Assembly: GCA_043737735.1 (NCBI GenBank)
Contig: JAYTAB010000013.1
Coordinates: 1 to 52,079, forward strand
DNA length: 52,079 nucleotides
From: Candidatus Saccharimonadota bacterium
GTDB lineage: Bacteria > Patescibacteriota > Saccharimonadia > Saccharimonadales > UBA4665
Reading direction: 5' to 3'
A program made the translations under genes and the position numbers. Of this stretch, positions 1 through 9,571 are shown in pieces; the first letter of the stretch is position 1, and each line of letters starts with the position of its first letter. A model generated the notes under the pieces. It was not told the DNA's origin, did not search any database, and saw only the letters and a program-made list of their open reading frames with translations.

Positions 1-1
1 C

Positions 2-823
2 CAAAACGCCTTGCGGTTTGATGAGATTGAACATTTCAACGCCACACTGCAACTAAAAGTTGCCGAAGCTACGAAACAGCTTAGACGTTCCAATGAGAAA
101 CTAAAAGCCCTTGATGAAGCCAAGGATGACTTCATTAGTCTGGCCTCACACCAACTTCGCACTCCGCTAACAAGTATCAAAGGGTATATTAGTATGATAT
201 TGGAGGGTGATGCGGGCGATCCATTGAATCCGATTGAGAAAAAATTTCTCACACAATGCTTCATTAGTTCCCAGCATATGGTGGGACTAATTACTGACTT
301 GCTTAACCTGTCTCGACTTAAGACCGGCAAGTTTGTGCTTGAAACCAAACCATGTAACCTTGCTGACATGATAGATGAGGAAGTCGGACAGTTGGTCGGA
401 ATGGCCGCCTCCCGAGGCTTGCGGCTAGTATTTGAAAAACCGACAAGATTCCCAGCTCTTTTGTTGGACGAAACCAAAACTCGCCAAGTAGCTATGAACT
501 TCATCGATAATGCCATCCACTACACTCCTTCCGGCGGTAAGATCTTTTTAGAACTAAAGGAAACGACACTCGACGTAGAGTTTACGGTAACAGACAACGG
601 TATTGGTGTACCAAAAGGTGAACAGCATAACTTATTTAACAAGTTCTACAGGGCAGAAAATGCGAAAAAGGCGCGGCCAGACGGTACTGGTCTTGGGCTT
701 TTTATGGCAAAGAAGGTTATTGTTGCGCAAGATGGCTCACTAATATTCAAGAGTGAAGAAGACCTAGGAAGCACCTTTGGTTTCACGTTTGCTAAGGCAA
801 AAATAGCAGTGTCTAATGACTAG
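2..823 (+). CDS. Sensor histidine kinase, C-terminal portion (5' end lies upstream of window)
   Basis: Frame is open to the window edge. HisKA H-box SLASHQLRTPLTSIKGY is followed by HATPase_c boxes (FIDNAIHYTPSGG, VTDNGIGVP, GTGLGLFMAKK). Confidence 0.85.
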   Translation, partial: QNALRFDEIEHFNATLQLKVAEATKQLRRSNEKLKALDEAKDDFISLASHQLRTPLTSIKGYISMILEGDAGDPLNPIEKKFLTQCFISSQHMVGLITDLLNLSRLKTGKFVLETKPCNLADMIDEEVGQLVGMAASRGLRLVFEKPTRFPALLLDETKTRQVAMNFIDNAIHYTPSGGKIFLELKETTLDVEFTVTDNGIGVPKGEQHNLFNKFYRAENAKKARPDGTGLGLFMAKKVIVAQDGSLIFKSEEDLGSTFGFTFAKAKIAVSND

Positions 824-829
824 GCTTCA

Positions 830-1735
830 ATGATCGCATCCAAGAGCTTTGCCCGAACACCACTTACGAAAGTGGCCATGGTGACATGGGTTGCATTGGC
901 TGTTTTGGCTGGCGTCGGTATATATGTTTGGCAACGGCCCACTAGTACTGATCCGAAAACAGTTTTTGAACAAGCCGTGCAACATGGTTTGAGGGAGACC
1001 GACCTGACTTGTACAGTGCAAGAAACGACTGGAGGCTCGACAACGAAACAAGCGATTAGCCTTGATTTGGTCAGTAGGAACAAACTGCGTTCTGTTTTGA
1101 ATTCGAGTCCTACTCCCGGCACGTCAGTCGAGCTCGAAGAAATTGACACGCCGGCTGGAATATTTGTGCGCTATAACACCATCAAAACGACTGAAAAAAA
1201 TGCCGATGGCAAGACGCCCAACCTAAGCAAGGCGCTAAACGTTTGGGGCAAAGCAGCGCCCGATAGCAAGGGACCGACGCTGTTTGGACGGACGGCGTTT
1301 GGCAATTGTATTGTGCCGCTAGCACACCTCAATCATGGACAGGCAGACACGCTTATGGCTGATGTTAAAAAGGGAACTGTATTCAAAACCGATTTTGCGG
1401 CCTCTGCCTCGCGGCAACAGCTGCTTGATGGCAAAACAGTACGTGTCTATGATGTCGTGGTGCAGCCTCGCCCGTATCTGGAGTTCATGAAACGAGCTGC
1501 CAAGGCAACTGGCTCGAAGGACCTCGATAGCGTCAATGTGGCGACATTTGACCAAAAGTCACCAGAGAAAATGAAATTTTACATCGATGTCCGGTCGCAT
1601 AGACTTCGCAAGATCGAATTTACGGCCAAGCGGCACACCATAACGTTTTCGGAATATGGTACGATACATGAGATAATGACGCCGAAGAGTTCTATCTCGT
1701 CCCAGGAACTGCAAAAGCGGCTGCAGACGAATTAG
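830..1735 (+). CDS. Hypothetical membrane-anchored or secreted protein
   Basis: 301-aa ORF starting 7 nt after the kinase stop. N-terminal hydrophobic segment VAMVTWVALAVLAGVGIYVW. No recognisable catalytic motif. Confidence 0.5.
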   Translation: MIASKSFARTPLTKVAMVTWVALAVLAGVGIYVWQRPTSTDPKTVFEQAVQHGLRETDLTCTVQETTGGSTTKQAISLDLVSRNKLRSVLNSSPTPGTSVELEEIDTPAGIFVRYNTIKTTEKNADGKTPNLSKALNVWGKAAPDSKGPTLFGRTAFGNCIVPLAHLNHGQADTLMADVKKGTVFKTDFAASASRQQLLDGKTVRVYDVVVQPRPYLEFMKRAAKATGSKDLDSVNVATFDQKSPEKMKFYIDVRSHRLRKIEFTAKRHTITFSEYGTIHEIMTPKSSISSQELQKRLQTN

Positions 1736-1796
1736 CCGAAGGATACACGTGGGTCTTACAAATCATAAGCAGTGTGTATATACTATTACGTACAAT

Positions 1797-3464
1797 ATGA
1801 AACGATTCCAACAAATTCTGACAGCTCTCCGTAGCCTATACGCTCCAGAGTACCTCGGCGGTTTGGTCCGCCAGCTCGAACTTGCCGATTACCGGGTCGG
1901 TCGCTATCTGGCTCGCTATTGGTCAACGCAGGATTTCACAACGCTGGAGGCTACGAGTCCACATCGAGTTATGCGTAACCGTGTACTGTGGGTGCTCGTT
2001 TTTGTCGGCAGCTTGATCCAGGCCCTGCTAGGATTGGCGATGATCGTGTATGCGCTGAGTCTCGACGTCTCTCGCGATGATTCTGGGGCGTTGCCGTTCG
2101 GGTTGGCGCTTATCATCTCGTACCCCATCGTCTGGGCGCATATGCTTGGATTTTTCTACGGTGGCTACAAGGTTCTATGGACGTTGACGCATCCCAAGGT
2201 GGCTGGCCGGGCGCTACTTTGCGAATTGCTGGAAAATCAGGTTGTGCGATTGCGTCAGAAGCATAAGTTTACCGTTATTGCGGTGGCCGGTGGTATTGGC
2301 AAGACGTCTACCAAACTTGCAATCGCTCACAGTCTCGAGCCAACTCGCCGCGTCATCTATCAGACCGGCAATTATAATGATCGCGTCACTGTGCCGTTGG
2401 TACTTTTCGGACAAAGTTTGCCGAATTTATTCAATATCGTTGCCTGGACCAAAATATTACTAGCCAACGAGCAAGCTATCTCGCGCCCTAATTTTTACGA
2501 TATTGCAGTATTGGAAATAGGTACCGATCACCCGGGCGACATCAAGCAATTCGCCTACCTGCAGCCCGACATTACCGTAGTGACGGCCATAGTACCGGAG
2601 CACATGGAATATTTTGGCACACTCGATGCCGTGGCCGCTGAGGAGCTGACAGTTTGCGATTTTTCCAAACAGGTCCTGATAGGTGCCGATAACACGCCGG
2701 CGAAATATTTGAAGGGCCGCGAAGTTCTGACATTTGGAACCAGCAAAGATAATGATTTTCGAGCGTCGGGCTATAATCCTCAGGGGCTGGAGGCTACCAA
2801 GTTGAAGCTTCATCTTCAGCACGATATTGCTCTGGATGCCCAGGTCGCCATAGTTGGTCAACAAGGGGTCAAAATCGTGCTGGCCGCCGCAGCCGCCGCT
2901 CAGCTAGCCGGACTAAGTCCGACGGAAGTCAGCCACGGTCTCAAACAGATCAAACCATTTGCTGGTCGCATGCAAGTCTTGCCAGGCATTCATGGTAGTA
3001 CTATCATCGATGATACCTACAATGCCAGCCCGGTCGCCGTCAAAGCCGCGCTGGACGTCCTGTACGGAGTGACCGCGCCGCAGCGGATTGCAATCCTTGG
3101 CAACATGAATGAACTTGGAGATTATAGTCAGGAAGCCCATACGGAAGTTGGCAAGTATTGCCGTGCCGATAAACTTGACCTCGTGGCGACTATCGGGCCA
3201 AACGCCGCCAAGTATCTAGCTCCAGCGGCCCTAGGCGCTGGTTGCAAAGTCGAAAGTTTCGATAGTCCATACTCGGCTGGCGCGTACGTCCGCGCTCGCC
3301 TGAAGAAGTCAGCCGTGATATTGGCTGAAGGCTCGCAAAACGGCGTCTTCGCCGAAGAATCACTCAAAGTCCTGCTGGCTCATAAGGCCGATACCAAGAA
3401 ACTGGTGCGCCAGACGGCGTCCTGGATGCGTATTAAACGATCGCAGTTTCCGCCCGCCGGATAG
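1797..3464 (+). CDS. murF: MurF-like Mur ligase (UDP-MurNAc-tripeptide--D-Ala-D-Ala ligase) with N-terminal transmembrane region
   Basis: P-loop VAGGIGKTSTK, MurF-type motifs IDDTYNASP and GNMNELGD. ATG at 1797 is preferred over GTG at 1749. Two hydrophobic helices precede the ATPase domain. Confidence 0.75.
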   Translation: MKRFQQILTALRSLYAPEYLGGLVRQLELADYRVGRYLARYWSTQDFTTLEATSPHRVMRNRVLWVLVFVGSLIQALLGLAMIVYALSLDVSRDDSGALPFGLALIISYPIVWAHMLGFFYGGYKVLWTLTHPKVAGRALLCELLENQVVRLRQKHKFTVIAVAGGIGKTSTKLAIAHSLEPTRRVIYQTGNYNDRVTVPLVLFGQSLPNLFNIVAWTKILLANEQAISRPNFYDIAVLEIGTDHPGDIKQFAYLQPDITVVTAIVPEHMEYFGTLDAVAAEELTVCDFSKQVLIGADNTPAKYLKGREVLTFGTSKDNDFRASGYNPQGLEATKLKLHLQHDIALDAQVAIVGQQGVKIVLAAAAAAQLAGLSPTEVSHGLKQIKPFAGRMQVLPGIHGSTIIDDTYNASPVAVKAALDVLYGVTAPQRIAILGNMNELGDYSQEAHTEVGKYCRADKLDLVATIGPNAAKYLAPAALGAGCKVESFDSPYSAGAYVRARLKKSAVILAEGSQNGVFAEESLKVLLAHKADTKKLVRQTASWMRIKRSQFPPAG

Positions 3465-3489
3465 TAGTGAGCCGTCTGCCGGCTTTTGG

Positions 3490-4032
3490 CTATTCGGCAA
3501 TCTTCATAAATTCGTATTTCCACCCCGGTTGCCACTGCCATGGGGCAAGTACCGCATCTTCTAGGCCTACGCCTTTTATCCATTGGTCGAGGCCGTACTG
3601 AGTCGCTCGGTGGCCGACAATCATCACGGTTTTTCCGTCGTAGTTTTTTAGAAGATTTTGCAAAAAAGCTTTCATGCGTTTTGAAGTGTCTTCGTAGCTT
3701 TCACCGCCTGGAAAAGGCTTGGTAATAGATTGCTTCTTTAGGCCATCTATATCTGCCTTTGGCCCTCGGTTCATGTCGCCGTAGTTGCATTCGCGCAGGC
3801 GCTTGTCCTGAGTGATGGGATATTTATCGCCAAATGCAAGCTGCGCCGTTTTGTATGACCGCTGGAGATCGGAGCAAAAAATTACGTCAAAGGACTGTCC
3901 CGCGTAACGTTCGCCTAGTTGCTTGGCTTGCTTCTTGCCAGTCTCAGAGAGAGCGACGTCGTACCATCCGGCAGCAAGCTTAGCCTCATTGTCTTTGGTA
4001 GTGGAATGTGGCTCAAACACTATGGTTAGCAT
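3490..4032 (-). CDS. Histidine phosphatase (phosphoglycerate mutase-like) family protein
   Basis: N-terminal EPHSTTKDN (catalytic His region), CSDLQRS, and C-terminal VGHRATQ. Internal Met at 4032 chosen to limit overlap with ddl; the start could instead be 4077. Confidence 0.65.
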   Translation of the reverse strand: MLTIVFEPHSTTKDNEAKLAAGWYDVALSETGKKQAKQLGERYAGQSFDVIFCSDLQRSYKTAQLAFGDKYPITQDKRLRECNYGDMNRGPKADIDGLKKQSITKPFPGGESYEDTSKRMKAFLQNLLKNYDGKTVMIVGHRATQYGLDQWIKGVGLEDAVLAPWQWQPGWKYEFMKIAE

Positions 4033-4951
4033 CAAGGCCTCGGCGACTATGCGCGGCGTCGACCAGTGCGTGGGCAAGTTCCGGCATGCTATAACCAGCC
4101 ACGCCCGCCGCTTTCGGTAGCAAACTTTGCTCAGTCATGCCGGGAATTGTATTTGTTTCGAGTACGTACAGCGAGCCATTTGGGGCGATCATCATGTCGG
4201 TTCGGGACATATCGCGTACCTCGAGTAACTTGTGGATTTGTTGAGCCATATCTTGAGCCCTAGTTTGGATTTCTTGGCTGACGGATTGTGGTGGACAAAG
4301 TTCGATCGTTTTGCCGTTGTATTTGTTTTCGTAATCAAACTCGCCATCTGTAGGCGGCACAATCTCTATGACGGGTAGGGCAGCGTCTAGTAGTACGCCT
4401 ACGGTGATTTCCTGGCCCTCGATAAGTTCCTCGAGCAGCATTTTGGGGTGACGTGCAAATGCGGTTTCGATAGCCTTTCGGTCGTAGACATCTGGATCGC
4501 GAATGATGAAGGTATCGACGCTGGAGCCGCCGTCGAAAGGCTTGAGAACAAAAGGTGTCTGGATAAGTTCGGACTCCCATAGCGCTGACAGGTCAACCAA
4601 TTCGCCGCGCGGCGTAGGCAAGTTAGCGCTCAGCAACGTTTGCTTGTAGCCCCATTTGTCAAAACAGTCGGCCGAAGCACGTGAATCGGCGCCAATGTAG
4701 CGAATTCCGCGGTCCTCCAGCCATTTTTGGATGCTACCGTCCTCACCGCCCTTGCCGTGCAGGACGGGGAATACGACGTCGGCGGCGCGTAATACGCTCT
4801 CGTAGTCTTCCGATTGGTGTGCTGGATCGAGTTGAGTCACGGTGTATCCACTTGTTAGCAGAGCAGCTGATACGGCTGCCCCTGAACGCAGGCTGACTGC
4901 TCGCTCATCAGAATCACCGCCAGATAGTACTATCACGTTTGTCTTTGTCAT
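4013..4951 (-). CDS. ddl: D-alanine--D-alanine ligase
   Basis: VLSGGDSDERAVSLRSG, VFPVLHGKGGEDGSIQ and ATP-grasp C-terminal LETNTIPGMT. Confidence 0.9.
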   Translation of the reverse strand: MTKTNVIVLSGGDSDERAVSLRSGAAVSAALLTSGYTVTQLDPAHQSEDYESVLRAADVVFPVLHGKGGEDGSIQKWLEDRGIRYIGADSRASADCFDKWGYKQTLLSANLPTPRGELVDLSALWESELIQTPFVLKPFDGGSSVDTFIIRDPDVYDRKAIETAFARHPKMLLEELIEGQEITVGVLLDAALPVIEIVPPTDGEFDYENKYNGKTIELCPPQSVSQEIQTRAQDMAQQIHKLLEVRDMSRTDMMIAPNGSLYVLETNTIPGMTEQSLLPKAAGVAGYSMPELAHALVDAAHSRRGLDANHSV

Positions 4952-5066
4952 AGAATGAAGTATAGCGCATTTGAAATTATGATTGTAGACGTAGTTATGG
5001 CCTATCTGTGTATAAATCTATATAATTCCTTCATAGAGTCCGTTCAAGATACTGTAAGGAGTTCAC

Positions 5067-7955
5067 ATGCAGCGTTACAATCCAAAAGATATTGAGCCGA
5101 AATGGCAGGCCAAATGGCAGGCCGACAAGATTTATGAGGCGTCAAATGATCAGTCAAAGCCCAAGAAATATATTCTGGAGTATTTCCCGTACCCCAGTGG
5201 TGCAGCGATGCACGTCGGTCACGTCCGTAATTACACCATCGGTGACGTGTTGGCGCGCCACAGTCGTATGACTGGGCATAATGTGTTGCACCCGATGGGA
5301 TGGGACGCCTTCGGGCTGCCGGCTGAGAATTATGCCATCAAGACAGGCGTTACACCGCGCCAAGCGATTGACGATAACACCACGAAGTTCAAGCAGCAGT
5401 TGATCCAGATGGGCTTCAGCTACGACTGGTCGCGCGAGATCGACAGCACCGACCCGAAGTATTACCGATGGACGCAGTGGTTTTTCCTACTGCTTTTGCG
5501 CCGCGGGCTGGCTTATCAACAGGAAAGTTTGCAATGGTGGTGCCCGGTAGATAAGACGGTGCTGGCCAACGAACAAGTCGAAGCTGGCCTCTGCTGGCGC
5601 TGTGGTAATCAAGTCGAAAAGAAGCTGCTCAAGCAGTGGTTTTTCAAAATCACCGACTACGCTGATCGTCTAGCCAAAGACCTGGATGATGTTAACTGGA
5701 GCGATTCGATCAAATCCATGCAGCGCAATTGGATCGGCCGCTCGGTTGGGGCGGAAGTCGACTTTGCCGTCGACGGACATGACGAGACATTGAAGATCTT
5801 CACGACCCGACCCGATACGCTATTTGGTGCGACTTTCATGGTGCTGTCGCCGGAGCACGGGCTGGTGCGCCAGATTACAACTCCAGATCAGCAGGCTGCG
5901 GTCGCGGATTATATCAAGGCCGCTCAGGCCAAAAGCGACATCGAACGTCAGGAAACTAACCGCGAGAAGACTGGTGTGTTCACCGGTGCTTACGCCATCA
6001 ACCCCGTCAACGATGAGAAAATTCCGATCTGGATCGCTGATTACGTCATGATGGGTTACGGCACTGGCGCGATCATGGCGGTACCAGCTCACGACGAGCG
6101 CGACTACGAATTCGCGACCAAGTTTGATCTGCCTATCGTCCAAGTGGTAATGCCGCTGGAAGACGATTCAAACAATCCACCGAAAGATGGTTTCGAGGAC
6201 GTTCGCCGCGATACGGTCACTGTCCACTTGCGAGACAAGTCTACCGGCAAGTTTGCATTGCTGGACTGGCATGGGACGCTCCAAGGAATTACGACTGCAA
6301 TCATGGGCGGGATTGAGGCGGGACAAACCGCCGAGGATGCGGCACGGGCTGAGGTTGAAGAAGAAGCTGGTATTAGAGATATCTCGATCCTCAAGACGCT
6401 GCGTTGGATTACTGGCGCTCGCTACTGCGCATCGCACAAAAAGCAAAACCGGACAGCCGTTACGACCGTCTTGCTGGCGGAGGTCGAAAACCTACAAAAT
6501 CAAGTCGCAGTCGATGAGAATGAGAAGAGTCTGCACGCCTTGGTATGGGTAGACGAGAACGAGGTGTTGAGCAAACTGACTCCTGACCACCAGAAATATG
6601 TTTGGGGACAATTGCAGCGTGAAACTGCTGTTGTCGGGGAAGGTGAAATGCTGAACTCCGGAGTTTATGATGGCATGGCTGCTAGCGAGGCTCGGGAAAA
6701 GATTGTAGCAGACCTAGAATCAAGGGGTGTCGGCCGTGAAGTGACGAACTACAAAATGCGTGATTGGCTGATCAGTCGCCAGCGTTACTGGGGCGCGCCG
6801 ATCCCCGTCGTCCATTGCCCGAAGGATGGCGTCGTGGCGGTTCCGGAAGGTCAACTACCGGTTGCTCTTCCGGAGTTAGATCGGATTGAGCCGAGCGGTG
6901 ATGGTCGCAGTCCGCTGGCCAACGTGCCTGAGTTCGTTCAGACGACCTGTCCAACTTGCGGTGGTCCGGCTGAGCGCGAAACGGACACCATGGACGGCTT
7001 TGCCTGCTCCAGTTGGTACTTCTTGCGTTTCGCCGACCCGCACAATGACAATGCGCCGTTTGATGCCGACAAAGCCAAGTTTTGGCTGCCAGTTGATGAT
7101 TACATCGGTGGTGCCGAGCACGCTGTCATGCACTTGCTGTACGCCCGATTTTGGACCAAGGTCATGCATGACGAGGGTCTGATCGACTTCGATGAGCCAT
7201 TCGTGACCCTGCGCAACCAGGGTATGATCCTGGCGCCGGACGGTGCCAAGATGAGCAAAAGCAAGGGCAACACCATCGAGCCGAGCGTCCTGATCGATCA
7301 AGGCTACGGTGCTGACAGTGTGCGAATCATGGAACTATTCCTTGGTCCGTGGAATCAATCGGCGGCTTGGAGTGTCGAGGGAATGGGCGGGGCATTCAGA
7401 TTCCTGCAGCGCGTCTGGACACTAGTGCAAGAGTACTATGACGCTCAGCATGGCTCCGAACAGTCACCCGATCTGACTAGGGCACTACACAAAGCCATCA
7501 AAAAAGTCAGCCAAGATATCGAGACGATGAGCTTCAATACCGCCATCGCATCGCTGATGGAGCTGGTCAACGAATTGTTCCGGATCAAAGCCGCCGACAA
7601 CTACGCCTCGGTTGAGTGGCAAGAAACGCTCGCAAATGTCGTACAATTGCTGGCGCCCCTCGCCCCGCATATTGCCGAGGAGCTCTGGGCACAGCTCGGC
7701 CAAGACGGCTCGGTGCATACCAGTGTCTGGCCAGTCTACGACGATCAATATCTACGGCAAGATTCGATGAAAATCGTAATCCAGGTCAATGGCAAACTTC
7801 GTGGCGAGATTGTCGTGGCTACTGATGCAGCAGAAGCGGACGTCATAGCCGCCGCCAACTCAGACCAGAAGGTACGGACCTATCTGGACGGCAAATCGAT
7901 CCGCAAAACGATCTACGTGCCTGGCAAGCTCGTTAACTTCGTAGCTCTAGACTAA
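5067..7955 (+). CDS. leuS: Leucyl-tRNA synthetase with an inserted Nudix-like domain
   Basis: HIGH motif (HVGH), KMSKS, CP1 editing motifs TTRPDTLFGATF and GTGAIMAVPAHDERDYEF, AGGAG-type RBS. 962 aa. Confidence 0.95.
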   Translation: MQRYNPKDIEPKWQAKWQADKIYEASNDQSKPKKYILEYFPYPSGAAMHVGHVRNYTIGDVLARHSRMTGHNVLHPMGWDAFGLPAENYAIKTGVTPRQAIDDNTTKFKQQLIQMGFSYDWSREIDSTDPKYYRWTQWFFLLLLRRGLAYQQESLQWWCPVDKTVLANEQVEAGLCWRCGNQVEKKLLKQWFFKITDYADRLAKDLDDVNWSDSIKSMQRNWIGRSVGAEVDFAVDGHDETLKIFTTRPDTLFGATFMVLSPEHGLVRQITTPDQQAAVADYIKAAQAKSDIERQETNREKTGVFTGAYAINPVNDEKIPIWIADYVMMGYGTGAIMAVPAHDERDYEFATKFDLPIVQVVMPLEDDSNNPPKDGFEDVRRDTVTVHLRDKSTGKFALLDWHGTLQGITTAIMGGIEAGQTAEDAARAEVEEEAGIRDISILKTLRWITGARYCASHKKQNRTAVTTVLLAEVENLQNQVAVDENEKSLHALVWVDENEVLSKLTPDHQKYVWGQLQRETAVVGEGEMLNSGVYDGMAASEAREKIVADLESRGVGREVTNYKMRDWLISRQRYWGAPIPVVHCPKDGVVAVPEGQLPVALPELDRIEPSGDGRSPLANVPEFVQTTCPTCGGPAERETDTMDGFACSSWYFLRFADPHNDNAPFDADKAKFWLPVDDYIGGAEHAVMHLLYARFWTKVMHDEGLIDFDEPFVTLRNQGMILAPDGAKMSKSKGNTIEPSVLIDQGYGADSVRIMELFLGPWNQSAAWSVEGMGGAFRFLQRVWTLVQEYYDAQHGSEQSPDLTRALHKAIKKVSQDIETMSFNTAIASLMELVNELFRIKAADNYASVEWQETLANVVQLLAPLAPHIAEELWAQLGQDGSVHTSVWPVYDDQYLRQDSMKIVIQVNGKLRGEIVVATDAAEADVIAAANSDQKVRTYLDGKSIRKTIYVPGKLVNFVALD

Positions 7956-7998
7956 TCTAGTACCAGACACTCAAGTAGCTAGATTGCAAATCCTAACC

Positions 7999-8027
7999 TT
8001 GTAATCGCAGGTAGAATGCTGTAATAT
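7999..8027 (+). promoter_or_regulatory. Putative sigma70-type promoter upstream of rpmF (TTGTAA-17 nt-TAATAT)
   Basis: TTGTAA at 7999-8004 and TAATAT at 8022-8027 with 17-nt spacing, 57 nt upstream of the rpmF ATG. Confidence 0.35.
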
Positions 8028-8083
8028 AAGCGCAAAGCTTAATGTTAATATATTGCCGTACAAGGTAATGAGGAGTGTATGTT

Positions 8084-8248
8084 ATGGGAAAACCAAAGAA
8101 ACGAACCAGTCCACGCGCTACCGGCGCCCGCCGAAGTCACTTGTTGCTAAAGCTAGCCCGAGCCGTCAACGCTAAGTCACCGATCAAGGTCTACACGACC
8201 CGACGTGAGTCTAGTAAAGATTTAGGCAAACGAGTTGCAAAAGTCTAA
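8084..8248 (+). CDS. rpmF: 50S ribosomal protein L32 (not in the ORF track because it is under 60 aa)
   Basis: 54-aa ORF MGKPKKRTSPRATGARRSHLLLK matches the L32 N-terminal signature (PKKRTS...RRSH). AGGAG lies 8 nt upstream of the ATG. Confidence 0.8.
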   Translation: MGKPKKRTSPRATGARRSHLLLKLARAVNAKSPIKVYTTRRESSKDLGKRVAKV

Positions 8249-8354
8249 GCCGACTTCGTAAAAGCACAGACATTATTAAGCATCTTCGTCTATACTAGAA
8301 AGTAGTTTGACGGATAACCCAATATTTTTGTAAATCGCACGGAGCCTTAACAAT

Positions 8355-8912
8355 ATGGCATCAAATCGCCACCTCGGTCGCATTATTGCACTCCAAACCT
8401 TGTATGAGGAGGAGTTTCGCAGCGACGCCGCCGATGTAAATTTTAACCTCGAAGAGGTGTTGCAGCGCAACATCGATCGCTACTCGGAGATGGTTGACGA
8501 CGTCGCCTTCATCTGTGATTTAGTAAATGGTGTTCTCAAGCATGCCGCTGACCTCGATGCGACCTTGCAGCCGATTGCTCCCGATTGGCCTATTGACCAG
8601 ATCGCTAGGATGGACCGTATCGTTCTGCGTATCGGTCTATACGAACTGGTGTATGCCCGCGACGTTCCACCGAAGGTGGTTATCAATGAAGCTGTTGAAT
8701 TGGCCAAAGCCTTTGGCGGTGAAAACTCGAGCAAATTCGTGAATGGCGTGCTTGGAACGGTGCTACGGCAACGCGAATTGTCTGATGGCGACACGGCTAA
8801 GCCGGAAACTTCATTGGATGACGAGTCGACGGAAACGTCCGAGGACCAGGCGTGTGAACCAGAGTCGGCTCCAATAACCACACCAAAAACCAAAAGGGCA
8901 AAGGTTACGTGA
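8355..8912 (+). CDS. nusB: Transcription antitermination factor NusB with acidic C-terminal extension
   Basis: RIIALQTLYEEEF and INEAVELAKAFGGENSSKFVNGVLG. About 50 extra Asp/Glu/Ser/Thr-rich residues at the C-terminus. Confidence 0.9.
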   Translation: MASNRHLGRIIALQTLYEEEFRSDAADVNFNLEEVLQRNIDRYSEMVDDVAFICDLVNGVLKHAADLDATLQPIAPDWPIDQIARMDRIVLRIGLYELVYARDVPPKVVINEAVELAKAFGGENSSKFVNGVLGTVLRQRELSDGDTAKPETSLDDESTETSEDQACEPESAPITTPKTKRAKVT

Positions 8913-8913
8913 A

Positions 8914-9546
8914 ATGGCTGACGAACTTCAGAGCAAACCGAGCAGTGAGAACTCTCAGCGCGCCAACAAAGGCCAGCAGCGGGATCAGTCCAGCGATCAG
9001 CGTAGAGGTCAACGCATAGATCTGCCGAGGGACCGCAGCCTGTTCGGCAAACATTCCGGACCGATTCAGGGTATTCGCGATTTTGTCGCCAAGCGTCGCC
9101 CCTCAATAGACGAGGTTGTTCGCGAGACGACTTCCGGTGGCATCGTGTTTCGGCGCAATTCCGACACCAACAAGGTCGAGATTCTGCTGATACAGGACGC
9201 CAAGAACCGTTGGACGATACCAAAAGGTCATGTCGAAGAAGGCGAAGGCCCGAAGCAAACCGCGGAACGCGAAATTCGCGAGGAAACAGGCTTACAGGAG
9301 ATGAAGGTCTACGACTGGCTGGGCAAGGTCAATTTCCGCTATCGCCGCACCCACACCTTGGTACTTATGACTATGCACATCTATCTCGTGAAGGGTTTGG
9401 GCGATACCAATAAGCTGGAGGGTGAAGACTGGCTGACGGATATCAAATGGTTTCCAGCTGCCGAGGCCGTCGACAAAATCGCCTACGAAGACATCGGCAA
9501 ACTGATGCTGCTAGGCATGAAAAAAATACGCGACGCAAAATTGTAA
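8914..9546 (+). CDS. NUDIX hydrolase with disordered N-terminal extension
   Basis: Canonical Nudix box GHVEEGEGPKQTAEREIREETGL. Starts 1 nt after the nusB stop. Confidence 0.85.
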   Translation: MADELQSKPSSENSQRANKGQQRDQSSDQRRGQRIDLPRDRSLFGKHSGPIQGIRDFVAKRRPSIDEVVRETTSGGIVFRRNSDTNKVEILLIQDAKNRWTIPKGHVEEGEGPKQTAEREIREETGLQEMKVYDWLGKVNFRYRRTHTLVLMTMHIYLVKGLGDTNKLEGEDWLTDIKWFPAAEAVDKIAYEDIGKLMLLGMKKIRDAKL

Positions 9547-9571
9547 TAAACGCTACAGAGATGAGAAAATA

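Noticed and set aside
8480-9223. 247-aa minus-strand ORF antisense to nusB and the Nudix gene
   Set aside because: It lies entirely inside two well-supported plus-strand genes. Its translation is Ser/Arg/Cys-rich with no motifs, which is typical of a shadow ORF.
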